DNA of 59,643 nucleotides, filler included. It is 3 parts of 3 records of this genome, joined end to end, with 100 filler letters (N's around TTAATTAATTAA, not from the genome) between each part and the next. Parts side by side here need not be neighbours in the genome. Positions count along the whole stretch, not along the records: positions 1 to 27,934 come from SRR31156797_14875; 2 more parts are not named here. One strand, 5' to 3'. The notes under the pieces are model-generated. The model saw nothing but the letters and a program-made list of their open reading frames with translations, was not told where the DNA came from and ran no database searches. How positions within the stretch are numbered: position 1 is the stretch's first letter; each line of letters starts with the position of its first letter. The position numbers and the translations under genes were made by a program. Below, piece after piece: positions 1-7,850 of this stretch.

Positions 1-1
1 G

Positions 2-985
2 CGTACTGCTGAATTTCTTTGGCAGGAAGGGCATACTGCCCACGAAACGCGTAAGGAAGCAGTTGAGGAAACACGCAAAATTTTGGATGTTTACGGAGAT
101 TTTGCTGAAAAATGGATGGCCGTTCCTGTGCATAAAGGTTTGAAATCTGCAAACGAAAAATTTGCAGGTGCCGTTGATACCTATTGCATTGAAGCTTTGA
201 TGCAGGATGGAAAAGCCCTCCAGGCCGGAACGTCTCACTTCCTGGGCCAAAACTTTGCCAAAGCATTTGATGTGAAGTTTTTGAGTAAGGAAAACAAACT
301 GGATTATGTTTGGGCAACATCGTGGGGTGTTTCAACACGATTGATGGGAGCACTCATCATGGCGCACTCCGATGACAACGGTTTGGTGCTTCCACCAAAA
401 CTGGCTCCTATCCAGGTGGCCATCGTGCCGATCTATAGAAAACCTGAACAGCTCGAAGCAATTTCTGAGAAAGCAAACCTCATAAAGAAAAACCTGGAAG
501 CAAAGGGTATCTCTGTAAAATACGATGATCGTACAACTTTTAAACCCGGCTGGAAATTCAATGAATATGAGTTTAAAGGCGTTCCGATCCGCCTTGCAAT
601 CGGCCCGCGTGATCTGGAAAATGGAACGGTTGAGCTGGCCCGGCGCGACACCCTCGAAAAGGAAACGTACCAGATGACAGATATTGAAAACAAAATTGAA
701 CACCTGCTCGATAAGATCCAGGAAAACCTTTACAACAAAGCATTGGATTTCAGGGAGAACAACACGATTTCAGTGGATACCTGGGAAGAGTTCAAGGAAC
801 AGGTTGAGAAAGGTGGATTTGTATTTGCACATTGGGACGGGACAACCGAAACAGAGCTCAAAATTAAGGAAGAAACAAAAGCCACCATCCGCACAATTCC
901 TTTGAACAATAAACAGGAGGAAGGAAAGTGTATTTACTCCGGAAAGCCCAGTAAGGAGCGCGTGATATTTGCAAAAGCATATTAA
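2..985 (+). CDS. proS: Prolyl-tRNA synthetase (eukaryote/archaea-like type), 5' truncated by window edge
   Basis: Open frame from base 2 reads [14 protein letters not shown] (motif 2). Also [25 protein letters not shown] (motif 3), an anticodon-binding domain and C-terminal FAKAY. Confidence 0.97.
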   Translation, partial: RTAEFLWQEGHTAHETRKEAVEETRKILDVYGDFAEKWMAVPVHKGLKSANEKFAGAVDTYCIEALMQDGKALQAGTSHFLGQNFAKAFDVKFLSKENKLDYVWATSWGVSTRLMGALIMAHSDDNGLVLPPKLAPIQVAIVPIYRKPEQLEAISEKANLIKKNLEAKGISVKYDDRTTFKPGWKFNEYEFKGVPIRLAIGPRDLENGTVELARRDTLEKETYQMTDIENKIEHLLDKIQENLYNKALDFRENNTISVDTWEEFKEQVEKGGFVFAHWDGTTETELKIKEETKATIRTIPLNNKQEEGKCIYSGKPSKERVIFAKAY

Positions 986-1007
986 AATTAAACGAAAATA
1001 ATTTTGG

Positions 1008-1042
1008 AATGGTGATCTGAAAATTTCAGGTCACCATTTTTT
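1008..1042 (+). terminator. Intrinsic terminator after proS, between convergent genes
   Basis: Stem AATGGTGATCTGAA / TTCAGGTCACCATT (one G-U pair) followed by a T-run. Confidence 0.8.
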
Positions 1043-1045
1043 ATT

Positions 1046-1807
1046 TCAGTAAATCTTAATAAGTTGCCCTGATCCTTCCAGTTTAAAATCGAGTCGGGCA
1101 GGATCGTTTTGGTAATAGATATTTCCCTTGCCACCTAATACGGCAAACAAATACTCCTCGCCGGCTCTTACATAGCAATGGTTCGAACTAACTGAGTTTA
1201 TAATTGCTTCGGTGCAATCAAGGTATCTTAAATCAACAGTGCCATAAGCTGCATGATAGCAATCGGCTATTTGGGTTCTCCCCATAATTTTGATGTCACC
1301 GGTACCTGTCAGATTTTCAATCCGTATGTATTCGCAATATACCTCCATGTTAATCCTGGATGGACTTTCAGAAATGATGATAACCAGGTCATCAGTTTCA
1401 AAAGGAGAATAATTAGCAATATCGGATTGATTTTCAATAAAAATGGTATCCAGGTCTGGTACAGATAGTCGAACTTCTATTGGATTCCAGGGATCTTTCA
1501 GGATAGGGCAGGTGCTGTTGTTCCTGATGTTCAGGGTGTTTTCGGTAATTTGTAAGCCCAACTCTTCAACAAGGTTTTCACCGGCAGTTACTTGCAATTC
1601 AAAACTTTCACCATTTACAATTTCCAGGGTGATGTTGTCTCTGACTTTAACATTTTTAAAGTCGTAAAGGCCAATTCGTTTTGAAACTATCTTTCCTTTT
1701 CCACTCAGGCATTTATTCATGGAATCACGACATCCAGATGCCAGAAATAATCCCATTAAAATGAGGATGAGGAGTACTGTTTGATATGACTGGCTGGCCC
1801 TTTTCAA
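1046..1807 (-). CDS. GIN-domain (DUF2807-like, autotransporter-head) lipoprotein
   Basis: Lipobox LASGC; beta-helix-like repeats with GENLV, G-x-GDI-x-I-x-G and GKGNIYY motifs. Confidence 0.75.
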   Translation of the reverse strand: MKRASQSYQTVLLILILMGLFLASGCRDSMNKCLSGKGKIVSKRIGLYDFKNVKVRDNITLEIVNGESFELQVTAGENLVEELGLQITENTLNIRNNSTCPILKDPWNPIEVRLSVPDLDTIFIENQSDIANYSPFETDDLVIIISESPSRINMEVYCEYIRIENLTGTGDIKIMGRTQIADCYHAAYGTVDLRYLDCTEAIINSVSSNHCYVRAGEEYLFAVLGGKGNIYYQNDPARLDFKLEGSGQLIKIY

Positions 1808-1818
1808 TGCTTTGGTAT

Positions 1819-2955
1819 TTACAGTTTAAAACCAATTCCTGCTCCAAGAAAATCTGCTTTTGCCCAGTGCGTGCGCAAACTGATGCCGACAAACGCAAAC
1901 TTCACAAAGTTGTAGTTAACTTCCATTTTTGTGTAAACGGGCGTGTCATCCGGATTTTTATTTTCCAGGTAATACCCCAGCCCAATTAGCACAGCAATTC
2001 GGGAGAACGACCATTCATGCCCGGCCAACAACCCGAGTTTTACCACATCCTGCCAGTCTTCTGTTGATTTATTGGCTTCCTCCAGTAAAAATTTGGTAGA
2101 CTCATCATAGATGGCATCAAGGCCAATCAGGAAACTGTTCACATTATTGTAGTATCTCGACAGGCTGATGTTTCCCGTGATCACGCCAAAATCTTTTTCG
2201 GGCTGACTAAGAATTTGTTTTGTGGCAACCAGCCCCTGGATTCTGAAATTCACTTTACCCTTCCTGCTAAATTGTTGGTCGGGTTCAAGATAGTTGATGG
2301 GCTTGCTGGTTATTTTCCAGTTCAACCCTCCAAAAACTGCCGGAATGTTTAGCCCGAAATTCGGAGCCTGGATTGTTCCGTTGGAAACATGCAGCATGGA
2401 TGCTCCGGCATTGAAAAAAAGCCGGCTGTTTATAAATATCCGCCAGGATAGTGTAAATTGAATGGCTGCATTGTAGTGGGATCCAATGGCCAGGTTCTGG
2501 TAATTTTCAGTTACATGAAATTTTTTGGAAAGATGGCCAACACCCAACCCAAAGCCAAACATCATGCTGGATTTTTTGCCCCGGATTATCGGGAGCCTCA
2601 TATTGGGGATGATGGCATGCAGTTCGCCAAGTTGTTCCGATTTGCCAAAATCACTGTAAAAGTATGTTAATCTGACCTGTGGATAATTCCTGTAGTATTG
2701 TCCGGGTTCTCTGCCATAGGTTTGTTTGGCAATACTTATTTCCCACATGGGGAAAAAGCCATCCGTGAGTGCCCACATTTCGCGGTGGTGTGGAATCAGA
2801 AATCCGTAATGCGCCTGGCCTTCCAGATACAGGGTTGAAAAAAATCCGGTTTTTGTTTCCTGGGAAGCGCAATGTTGGAGTATTCCAGCAACTAACAAAG
2901 CGGTTAGGATGATCCCTGAAAAAGATGACCTGATATGTACCAGCGGTATTTTCAA
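1819..2955 (-). CDS. Outer-membrane beta-barrel, Bacteroidetes 'acyloxyacyl hydrolase' (PagL-like) family
   Basis: NLAIGSHYNA and HVSNG..APNFGLN motifs, alternating beta-strands, C-terminal GIGFKL. Start moved from 3054 to TTG at 2955 because a TACATTTG promoter element lies at 2975-2982 (minus); start is uncertain. Confidence 0.7.
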   Translation of the reverse strand: MKIPLVHIRSSFSGIILTALLVAGILQHCASQETKTGFFSTLYLEGQAHYGFLIPHHREMWALTDGFFPMWEISIAKQTYGREPGQYYRNYPQVRLTYFYSDFGKSEQLGELHAIIPNMRLPIIRGKKSSMMFGFGLGVGHLSKKFHVTENYQNLAIGSHYNAAIQFTLSWRIFINSRLFFNAGASMLHVSNGTIQAPNFGLNIPAVFGGLNWKITSKPINYLEPDQQFSRKGKVNFRIQGLVATKQILSQPEKDFGVITGNISLSRYYNNVNSFLIGLDAIYDESTKFLLEEANKSTEDWQDVVKLGLLAGHEWSFSRIAVLIGLGYYLENKNPDDTPVYTKMEVNYNFVKFAFVGISLRTHWAKADFLGAGIGFKL

Positions 2956-3072
2956 TAGTGAGGTTTTGCTGATGCAAATGTAATTGGATTTGATTTCCGG
3001 AAATGTGCTCAAATAGCGTAAAAAAAATTTAGTGCATGTTGTTTGCATCTTCAAATGGTAATTGCCGACATC

Positions 3073-3102
3073 AAAAAAGCCACTCCGATCAGGGAGTGGC
3101 TT
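3073..3102 (-). terminator. Intrinsic terminator of an unannotated minus-strand transcript
   Basis: Perfect 10-bp stem AAGCCACTCC / GGAGTGGCTT with a 6-nt loop; T-run follows on the minus strand. Confidence 0.85.
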
Positions 3103-3165
3103 AACTTTTCAAAATCAAATCAATTAATTAACTCAAAGCTATTACCATGAAAAAAAACTTTCTGT
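3073..3165 (-). ncRNA. Candidate 3'-UTR sRNA element antisense to AUGAAAAAA start regions
   Basis: Lies between the sORF stop and the terminator; reads AAGUUUUUUUUCAUGGUAAUAGCUUUGAGUUAAUUAAUUG on the minus strand. Function is inferred only. Confidence 0.45.
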
Positions 3166-3312
3166 TTAAATGGGGAGCATTGTGGTTTTAATGAGGTTTT
3201 CTGCAGCAAGTAGCAGAATGATGAATGCAACCAACAACAGGTAAAATGATGACCTGGAGTTGAATATCTCCCAGTTGCTGAATGTTAAAAGAATATTTCT
3301 GAGACTTCTCAT
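3166..3312 (-). CDS. 48-aa single-pass membrane small protein (below ORF-track cut-off)
   Basis: Manual translation MRSLRNILLTFSNWEIFNSRSSFYLLLVAFIILLLAAENLIKTTMLPI; A-rich leader; flanked by a promoter motif and a terminator. Confidence 0.55.
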   Translation of the reverse strand: MRSLRNILLTFSNWEIFNSRSSFYLLLVAFIILLLAAENLIKTTMLPI

Positions 3313-3341
3313 AATGCGTTTTTGATGTTTTGTGATAATAG

Positions 3342-3367
3342 GATGCAGGGTTCAAAAGAATGGTTGC
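3342..3367 (-). promoter_or_regulatory. Putative ECF-sigma promoter for the divergent small transcript
   Basis: Minus strand reads GCAACC-attcttttgaaccctg-CATC (16-nt spacer), matching the motif upstream of the ECF gene. Confidence 0.65.
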
Positions 3368-3549
3368 GTCCGACTGAAAAAAAAATTCATTTTTATTTTG
3401 CTATCCTTTCCCAAATCATGATAATTCCCAAAAATAATGATTCACGGGGAAAAACTTCCTTCAGCGCCAGGAAACGAAAATAAAAAGATAATTAATTATT
3501 CAGGTAAATATGAATATTGTTGAGAATCGCAATTTATTGTGCAACGAAC

Positions 3550-3575
3550 GCAACCAATTTAATGTTACCCACATC
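3550..3575 (+). promoter_or_regulatory. Putative ECF-sigma autoregulatory promoter
   Basis: GCAACC-aatttaatgttaccca-CATC (16-nt spacer), about 90 nt upstream of the sigma gene. Confidence 0.65.
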
Positions 3576-3667
3576 TAATATTAGACTTTCAAAATCGTTC
3601 TTTGAAGTAATTGTCTACATTTGTGTGAGAAATGTAAGTTGTAAACTGCTAAATTTCAGGGATTACT

Positions 3668-4228
3668 TTGGAGTTAGAACAAATCATCGAAGGTTGCAGA
3701 AAAAATAAAAGCAAGGCCCAGGAAGCCTTGTTTAATTTGTATGCTGATGAATTATTTGCAGTTTGCCTGTATTACTCCCCAAACCATGCAGAGGCTGAAG
3801 ATACTTTACATGAAGGTTTCCTTAAAGTTTTTCAGAATATCGGAAGTTTTAAAGGTGACGGCACAATCAAGGGATGGATCAGAAGAATTCTGATCAATAC
3901 CGCCCTTGAGAAATTCAGAAAGAAGAACCCGATGTATGTGCTGGATAACGAAGACTATACCCAGGTTGAAGATGTTGGAAGGGAAGATGCCATCAGCAAT
4001 ATTTCAGCAGATGACCTGATTAGCTTAATCCAGGAATTATCACCGCAGTACAGGATGGTTTTTAACCTGTATGCTCTTGAGGGGTTTTCACACAAAGAGA
4101 TTGCTGCCAAACTGAATATTTCGGAGGGTACCTCCAAATCAAATCTGGCCAGGGCAAGATCAATACTTCAAAAAAAAGTCAAAGCGTTTTTTTATGTTTC
4201 ACCGCAAAAGATAAATGTCAGCGAATAA
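3668..4228 (+). CDS. ECF RNA polymerase sigma factor
   Basis: Region 2 AEDTLHEGFLKVF..GWIRRILINTAL; region 4 LSPQYRMVFNLYALEGFSHKEIA..ISEGTSKSNLARAR. Confidence 0.95.
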   Translation: MELEQIIEGCRKNKSKAQEALFNLYADELFAVCLYYSPNHAEAEDTLHEGFLKVFQNIGSFKGDGTIKGWIRRILINTALEKFRKKNPMYVLDNEDYTQVEDVGREDAISNISADDLISLIQELSPQYRMVFNLYALEGFSHKEIAAKLNISEGTSKSNLARARSILQKKVKAFFYVSPQKINVSE

Positions 4229-5687
4229 TCACCATATCGACAATCAGATTAAGAAAAAGCTGGACGGTCATAAGGCTAAGGCCCCTGAAGAGGCCTGGAG
4301 CAGGCTTAATGCTGAGCTGCATGCACCGGCCCGCACCCGGTTTTTCTGGTTATCCAGGGCTGCTGCTGCCGTGATATTGCTCCTCATAGCTTTTGGAGCG
4401 GGTTATTATTTTTCTGAATTCAACAGGATCGACAATGGTAATCTGGCCGAAAATAATCAACCTGAGAATTTAACAGGTGAGTCCACCAGGCCTGTGAGTA
4501 TTAGCCAGGATTTGGATAACATCCAATCATCTGAATCGCCTGGTACGGAACTGCAACCAGCATCATCTGCCGAAGATCAAACTTATCAGGGTAATGTTGA
4601 TAACGTCCAATTTACACAGCCCGAAAATGTAATTACACAAATTGAAGATACTGAAAGCTCCCTTGTAGTTGAAAATGTACCGGAAGATAATTTTACTACT
4701 GACGACCCGTCTGGTGCTGATAAACTGCATGATGAAAACGTTACACCAATAGAAATTAAGGAAGCAGATAAGGCAGTTGCTTTGCAGCAGGAAGTTGAAA
4801 ATCCTGCACCGGAGGAACAAAAAACTTCAATCCCTCAGGATGAAGTACCAGTGATGTCCGATGAGATGCTTCGTGAAATGTTGCTTACCGGACAGGATGA
4901 CCTGGCAGAAGGAATGTTTGGAAATCAGGACTCCGAAATGAATTCGAAGTGGAGTATTGGGGGTAGGGTATCTCCGGTTTATTCTTACAGAAATCTTTCG
5001 GGCGATGCTTTTAAAACACCCGATGAGTCAGTGGATGCCGGATATTTTGATAGCAACGAAGAAGGAATCACCACCATTGCCGGAGGTATCAGCCTGGATT
5101 ATCAGTTTAACAAAAGGCTGAGCCTGGGTTCAGGAATGTATCTTTCACGGATCGGACAGCAAAATAATGATGTGTTGGCCTACAACGATTCCCAAACTGC
5201 GGATATGTTTAAACTGGCCACCTCAAGCGGAACGGTTACTATAAATCCAGGGAAATTTGAAAGTGTTATAGCCGAACAGGCCGCCTCGGCAAAAGATTCT
5301 ATCCCGGGTGATTATACGGTAAGTGGCAGCTTTGTGCAAAATCTCGATTATCTTGAGGTGCCGCTTGTGCTGAAATACAAAGTGATCGACAAAAAGTTTT
5401 CTGTGAATGTTTTGGGTGGATTAAGCCCTGGTGTGCTGGTTAATAACCGTTCTTATTTTAGCGCTGAAGGCCAGAAATTGCAAACAGGTACAACCGAAAA
5501 TATCGAGCCGTTTATCTACAACAGCGTTGTTGGCCTCGGACTTGAATATGCCATCAGCAGGAAACTGGCATTTAGCATGGAACCCTCATTCAAATATTCC
5601 CTCAGTCCGGTGAATTCCGGTAGTGATTTGAGGTATCATCCTTATTCGTTGTCTGTTTTTACCGGAATCAGTTATCGCCTCGATTAA
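4215..5687 (+). CDS. Anti-sigma factor with TM helix, acidic disordered linker and C-terminal OM beta-barrel (Dma1/Reo-like)
   Basis: Overlaps the sigma gene. N-terminal P..AWSRL...L motif, TM AAAVILLLIAFGAGYYF, E/D/P/Q-rich linker, barrel motifs YLEVPL and terminal GISYRLD. Confidence 0.8.
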   Translation: MSANNHHIDNQIKKKLDGHKAKAPEEAWSRLNAELHAPARTRFFWLSRAAAAVILLLIAFGAGYYFSEFNRIDNGNLAENNQPENLTGESTRPVSISQDLDNIQSSESPGTELQPASSAEDQTYQGNVDNVQFTQPENVITQIEDTESSLVVENVPEDNFTTDDPSGADKLHDENVTPIEIKEADKAVALQQEVENPAPEEQKTSIPQDEVPVMSDEMLREMLLTGQDDLAEGMFGNQDSEMNSKWSIGGRVSPVYSYRNLSGDAFKTPDESVDAGYFDSNEEGITTIAGGISLDYQFNKRLSLGSGMYLSRIGQQNNDVLAYNDSQTADMFKLATSSGTVTINPGKFESVIAEQAASAKDSIPGDYTVSGSFVQNLDYLEVPLVLKYKVIDKKFSVNVLGGLSPGVLVNNRSYFSAEGQKLQTGTTENIEPFIYNSVVGLGLEYAISRKLAFSMEPSFKYSLSPVNSGSDLRYHPYSLSVFTGISYRLD

Positions 5688-6395
5688 CTATTTTAACCCT
5701 TTCACTTTGGGCAATCCTGCCACAAAACTCTTCAGGTAAAAAGGTTCAAAATAGGCTGTATCTTCAAATTGTTCCTTCCTGAATTTTTCTAATGCCAAAC
5801 CAACCATGAATTTTGCTGAGGGTCGGACAGCATCCTGAAATATTGCATTGGGTCCTGAAATTACGTTTTTGCATTTTTCCGCACCGTCACCGGAAAACAC
5901 AATTTTGTGATTGGCCAACTCTTCCCGGAAAGAATTTTCATCGATGATCTCTGCTCTTACTTCACGCATTAATTCACCTTCGGCATTATAAAATGCATCA
6001 TAAACCTCCATTCTACGGGCATCAATCATGGGGCAAAAGATGATGTCTTCGTTGAAATGTGTTTCCTTTTTTGCTTTTTCGATACTGGCAATGGCCATCG
6101 ATTGAAGGGTGCTAATGGCTATCAGTGGCTTATTCAGTGCATAACACAAACCTTTTGCTGCAGAAACTCCGATCCTTAAACCAGTGTATGAGCCTGGCCC
6201 CATGCTTACAGCCACAGCATCCAAAACACCTGGTTTAATTTGGTGATCATGAAACAGCTCATCCATAAACAAGGTGATCACGCGGGAATGGGCATTTACC
6301 TCGTTAGTTTCCTTTAATCCAACCACTTCAGTGTCTTCACTCATAGCTACTGAGCAAAAGCGGTTGGCCGTATCGATATGCAAAATCCTGATCAT
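5688..6395 (-). CDS. tsaB: tRNA t6A biosynthesis protein TsaB
   Basis: ILHIDTA, GPGSYTGLRIGVSAAKGL and PMIDARRMEVY motifs; start set to ATG at 6395. Confidence 0.95.
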   Translation of the reverse strand: MIRILHIDTANRFCSVAMSEDTEVVGLKETNEVNAHSRVITLFMDELFHDHQIKPGVLDAVAVSMGPGSYTGLRIGVSAAKGLCYALNKPLIAISTLQSMAIASIEKAKKETHFNEDIIFCPMIDARRMEVYDAFYNAEGELMREVRAEIIDENSFREELANHKIVFSGDGAEKCKNVISGPNAIFQDAVRPSAKFMVGLALEKFRKEQFEDTAYFEPFYLKSFVAGLPKVKGLK

Positions 6396-6399
6396 GCTG

Positions 6400-6438
6400 C
6401 AAAGATACAGAATCACACGGCATTCTTTCTTACTTTTG
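6400..6438. promoter_or_regulatory. Back-to-back Bacteroidetes housekeeping -7 elements
   Basis: TATCTTTG on minus (6400-6407) before tsaB; TACTTTTG on plus (6431-6438) before the next gene. Confidence 0.65.
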
Positions 6439-6493
6439 CCGTGATCGTATCGTAAAAATCAATGTTGATTCTGAATGTCAATGATTCAAGTAA

Positions 6494-7804
6494 ATGGCTA
6501 AACTGATCACCCGACCAGGTACTACTTTTTTTGTAATTGCTGTCATATTGGTGGTGGTATCCTCAAATATTAACTGGGGGGGAGATCACTGGAAAAATAT
6601 CATTGAGTCTGACGGGAAAGGCTACTATGCCTACCTGCCGGCAGTTTTCATATATCACGATCTGAATTTTGGTTTTTTTAATGAGATTGAAAAGGAAAAG
6701 TACTACAGCGTGCACACCTATTATGATTACCGGAGCCATGCCAATGGTAAAACCATCAATAAATATTATACAGGAACGGCAGTCGCTCAACTACCCTTTT
6801 TCTTAACGGCGCATGTGTTGAGCCCGTTTTTCGGATTTGAAACAGACGGATATTCAAAATTGTATACCATCCTGGTCAACCTGGCCGGAATATTTTATCT
6901 CATTCTCGGGCTTTATTTTGTGAATAAACTTTTGAGGATTTATGGCATTACTGAGGGGCACAGGTCGATGACGTTTTTTACCATGGTTTTTGGTACAAAC
7001 CTTTTTTTCTACACAGTGAGCGAGCCGGGCATGTCGCATATTTATTCCTTTGCCTTTATCGCCATGTTTCTTTATTATACAAAAAATTATTTTTCGCATT
7101 TTGAACGTAAAAACCTTGTCGTTCTCGCTGCTGTGCTGGGAATTATTGTACTGATCAGGCCTGTTAATATCCTGGTTGTGCTTTCATTGCCATTTATTTC
7201 CGGATCAGTGCAAAACCTGAAAACAGGACTGGTTGAGATGTTTTCATCTGTGAGGCAATTGCTGATTGGAATATTGGTATTTGGGTTTATTATTTCAATT
7301 CAGCTGATCATCTATAAAATTTCAACCGGTAAATTTTTCGTTTATGCTTATGTTGACGAGGGATTTAATTTTCTGTCTCCAAAAATGTTTGATATCCTTT
7401 TTAGCTATCGGAAAGGACTATTTATATACACACCTATTTACCTTGTTTCGATGTTTGGATTGTTATTTTTGTGGAAGTCCAACCGCTTCGCCTTCTTTAC
7501 CTGGATTGGGTTTTTTCTGGCCATTACTTATGTTTTTTCATCCTGGTGGATGTGGTACTATGGGGGTAGTTTTTCATCAAGGGTTTATATCGAGTACCTG
7601 CCATTTTTTATGATTCCACTGGCACTTTTATATAGCAATGTCAAAACAAGGCCCTGGAAACAGATCTTCATTTCATTAATTGTATTGCTTATTCTGCTCT
7701 GCCAGGTCCAGACGTACCAATACAGGTATAACCAGATTCACTGGTCAGAGATGAACAAGGAGAGATACTGGGAGGTGTTTTTAAGAATCGATAAACTGAT
7801 GTAA
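6494..7804 (+). CDS. Polytopic membrane protein, probable GT-C-fold glycosyltransferase
   Basis: First loop ESDGKGYYAYLP, many TM segments, IRP motif, WYYGGSFSSR. Confidence 0.6.
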   Translation: MAKLITRPGTTFFVIAVILVVVSSNINWGGDHWKNIIESDGKGYYAYLPAVFIYHDLNFGFFNEIEKEKYYSVHTYYDYRSHANGKTINKYYTGTAVAQLPFFLTAHVLSPFFGFETDGYSKLYTILVNLAGIFYLILGLYFVNKLLRIYGITEGHRSMTFFTMVFGTNLFFYTVSEPGMSHIYSFAFIAMFLYYTKNYFSHFERKNLVVLAAVLGIIVLIRPVNILVVLSLPFISGSVQNLKTGLVEMFSSVRQLLIGILVFGFIISIQLIIYKISTGKFFVYAYVDEGFNFLSPKMFDILFSYRKGLFIYTPIYLVSMFGLLFLWKSNRFAFFTWIGFFLAITYVFSSWWMWYYGGSFSSRVYIEYLPFFMIPLALLYSNVKTRPWKQIFISLIVLLILLCQVQTYQYRYNQIHWSEMNKERYWEVFLRIDKLM

Positions 7805-7837
7805 AAAAAAAAGGCTGAACCTTAATTTGGATCAGCC
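7803..7837 (-). terminator. Intrinsic terminator after gcvP
   Basis: GGCTGA..CC / GG..TCAGCC stem next to a 10-A run (T-run on the minus strand). Confidence 0.7.
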
Positions 7838-7850
7838 ATTCTTTGAGATG

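Noticed and set aside
2956-3054. N-terminal extension of the barrel ORF given in the track
   Set aside because: Contains a -7 promoter element and does not look like a signal peptide. Extensions on tsaB, 33598, 37435 and 43413 were trimmed for similar reasons.
3147-3191. Plus-strand ORF MKKNFLFKWGALWF
   Set aside because: Only 14 codons; the promoter motif and terminator both point to the minus strand.
3517-3708. 63-aa ORF upstream of the ECF gene
   Set aside because: Spans the promoter motif, overlaps the sigma start out of frame and has no recognisable features.
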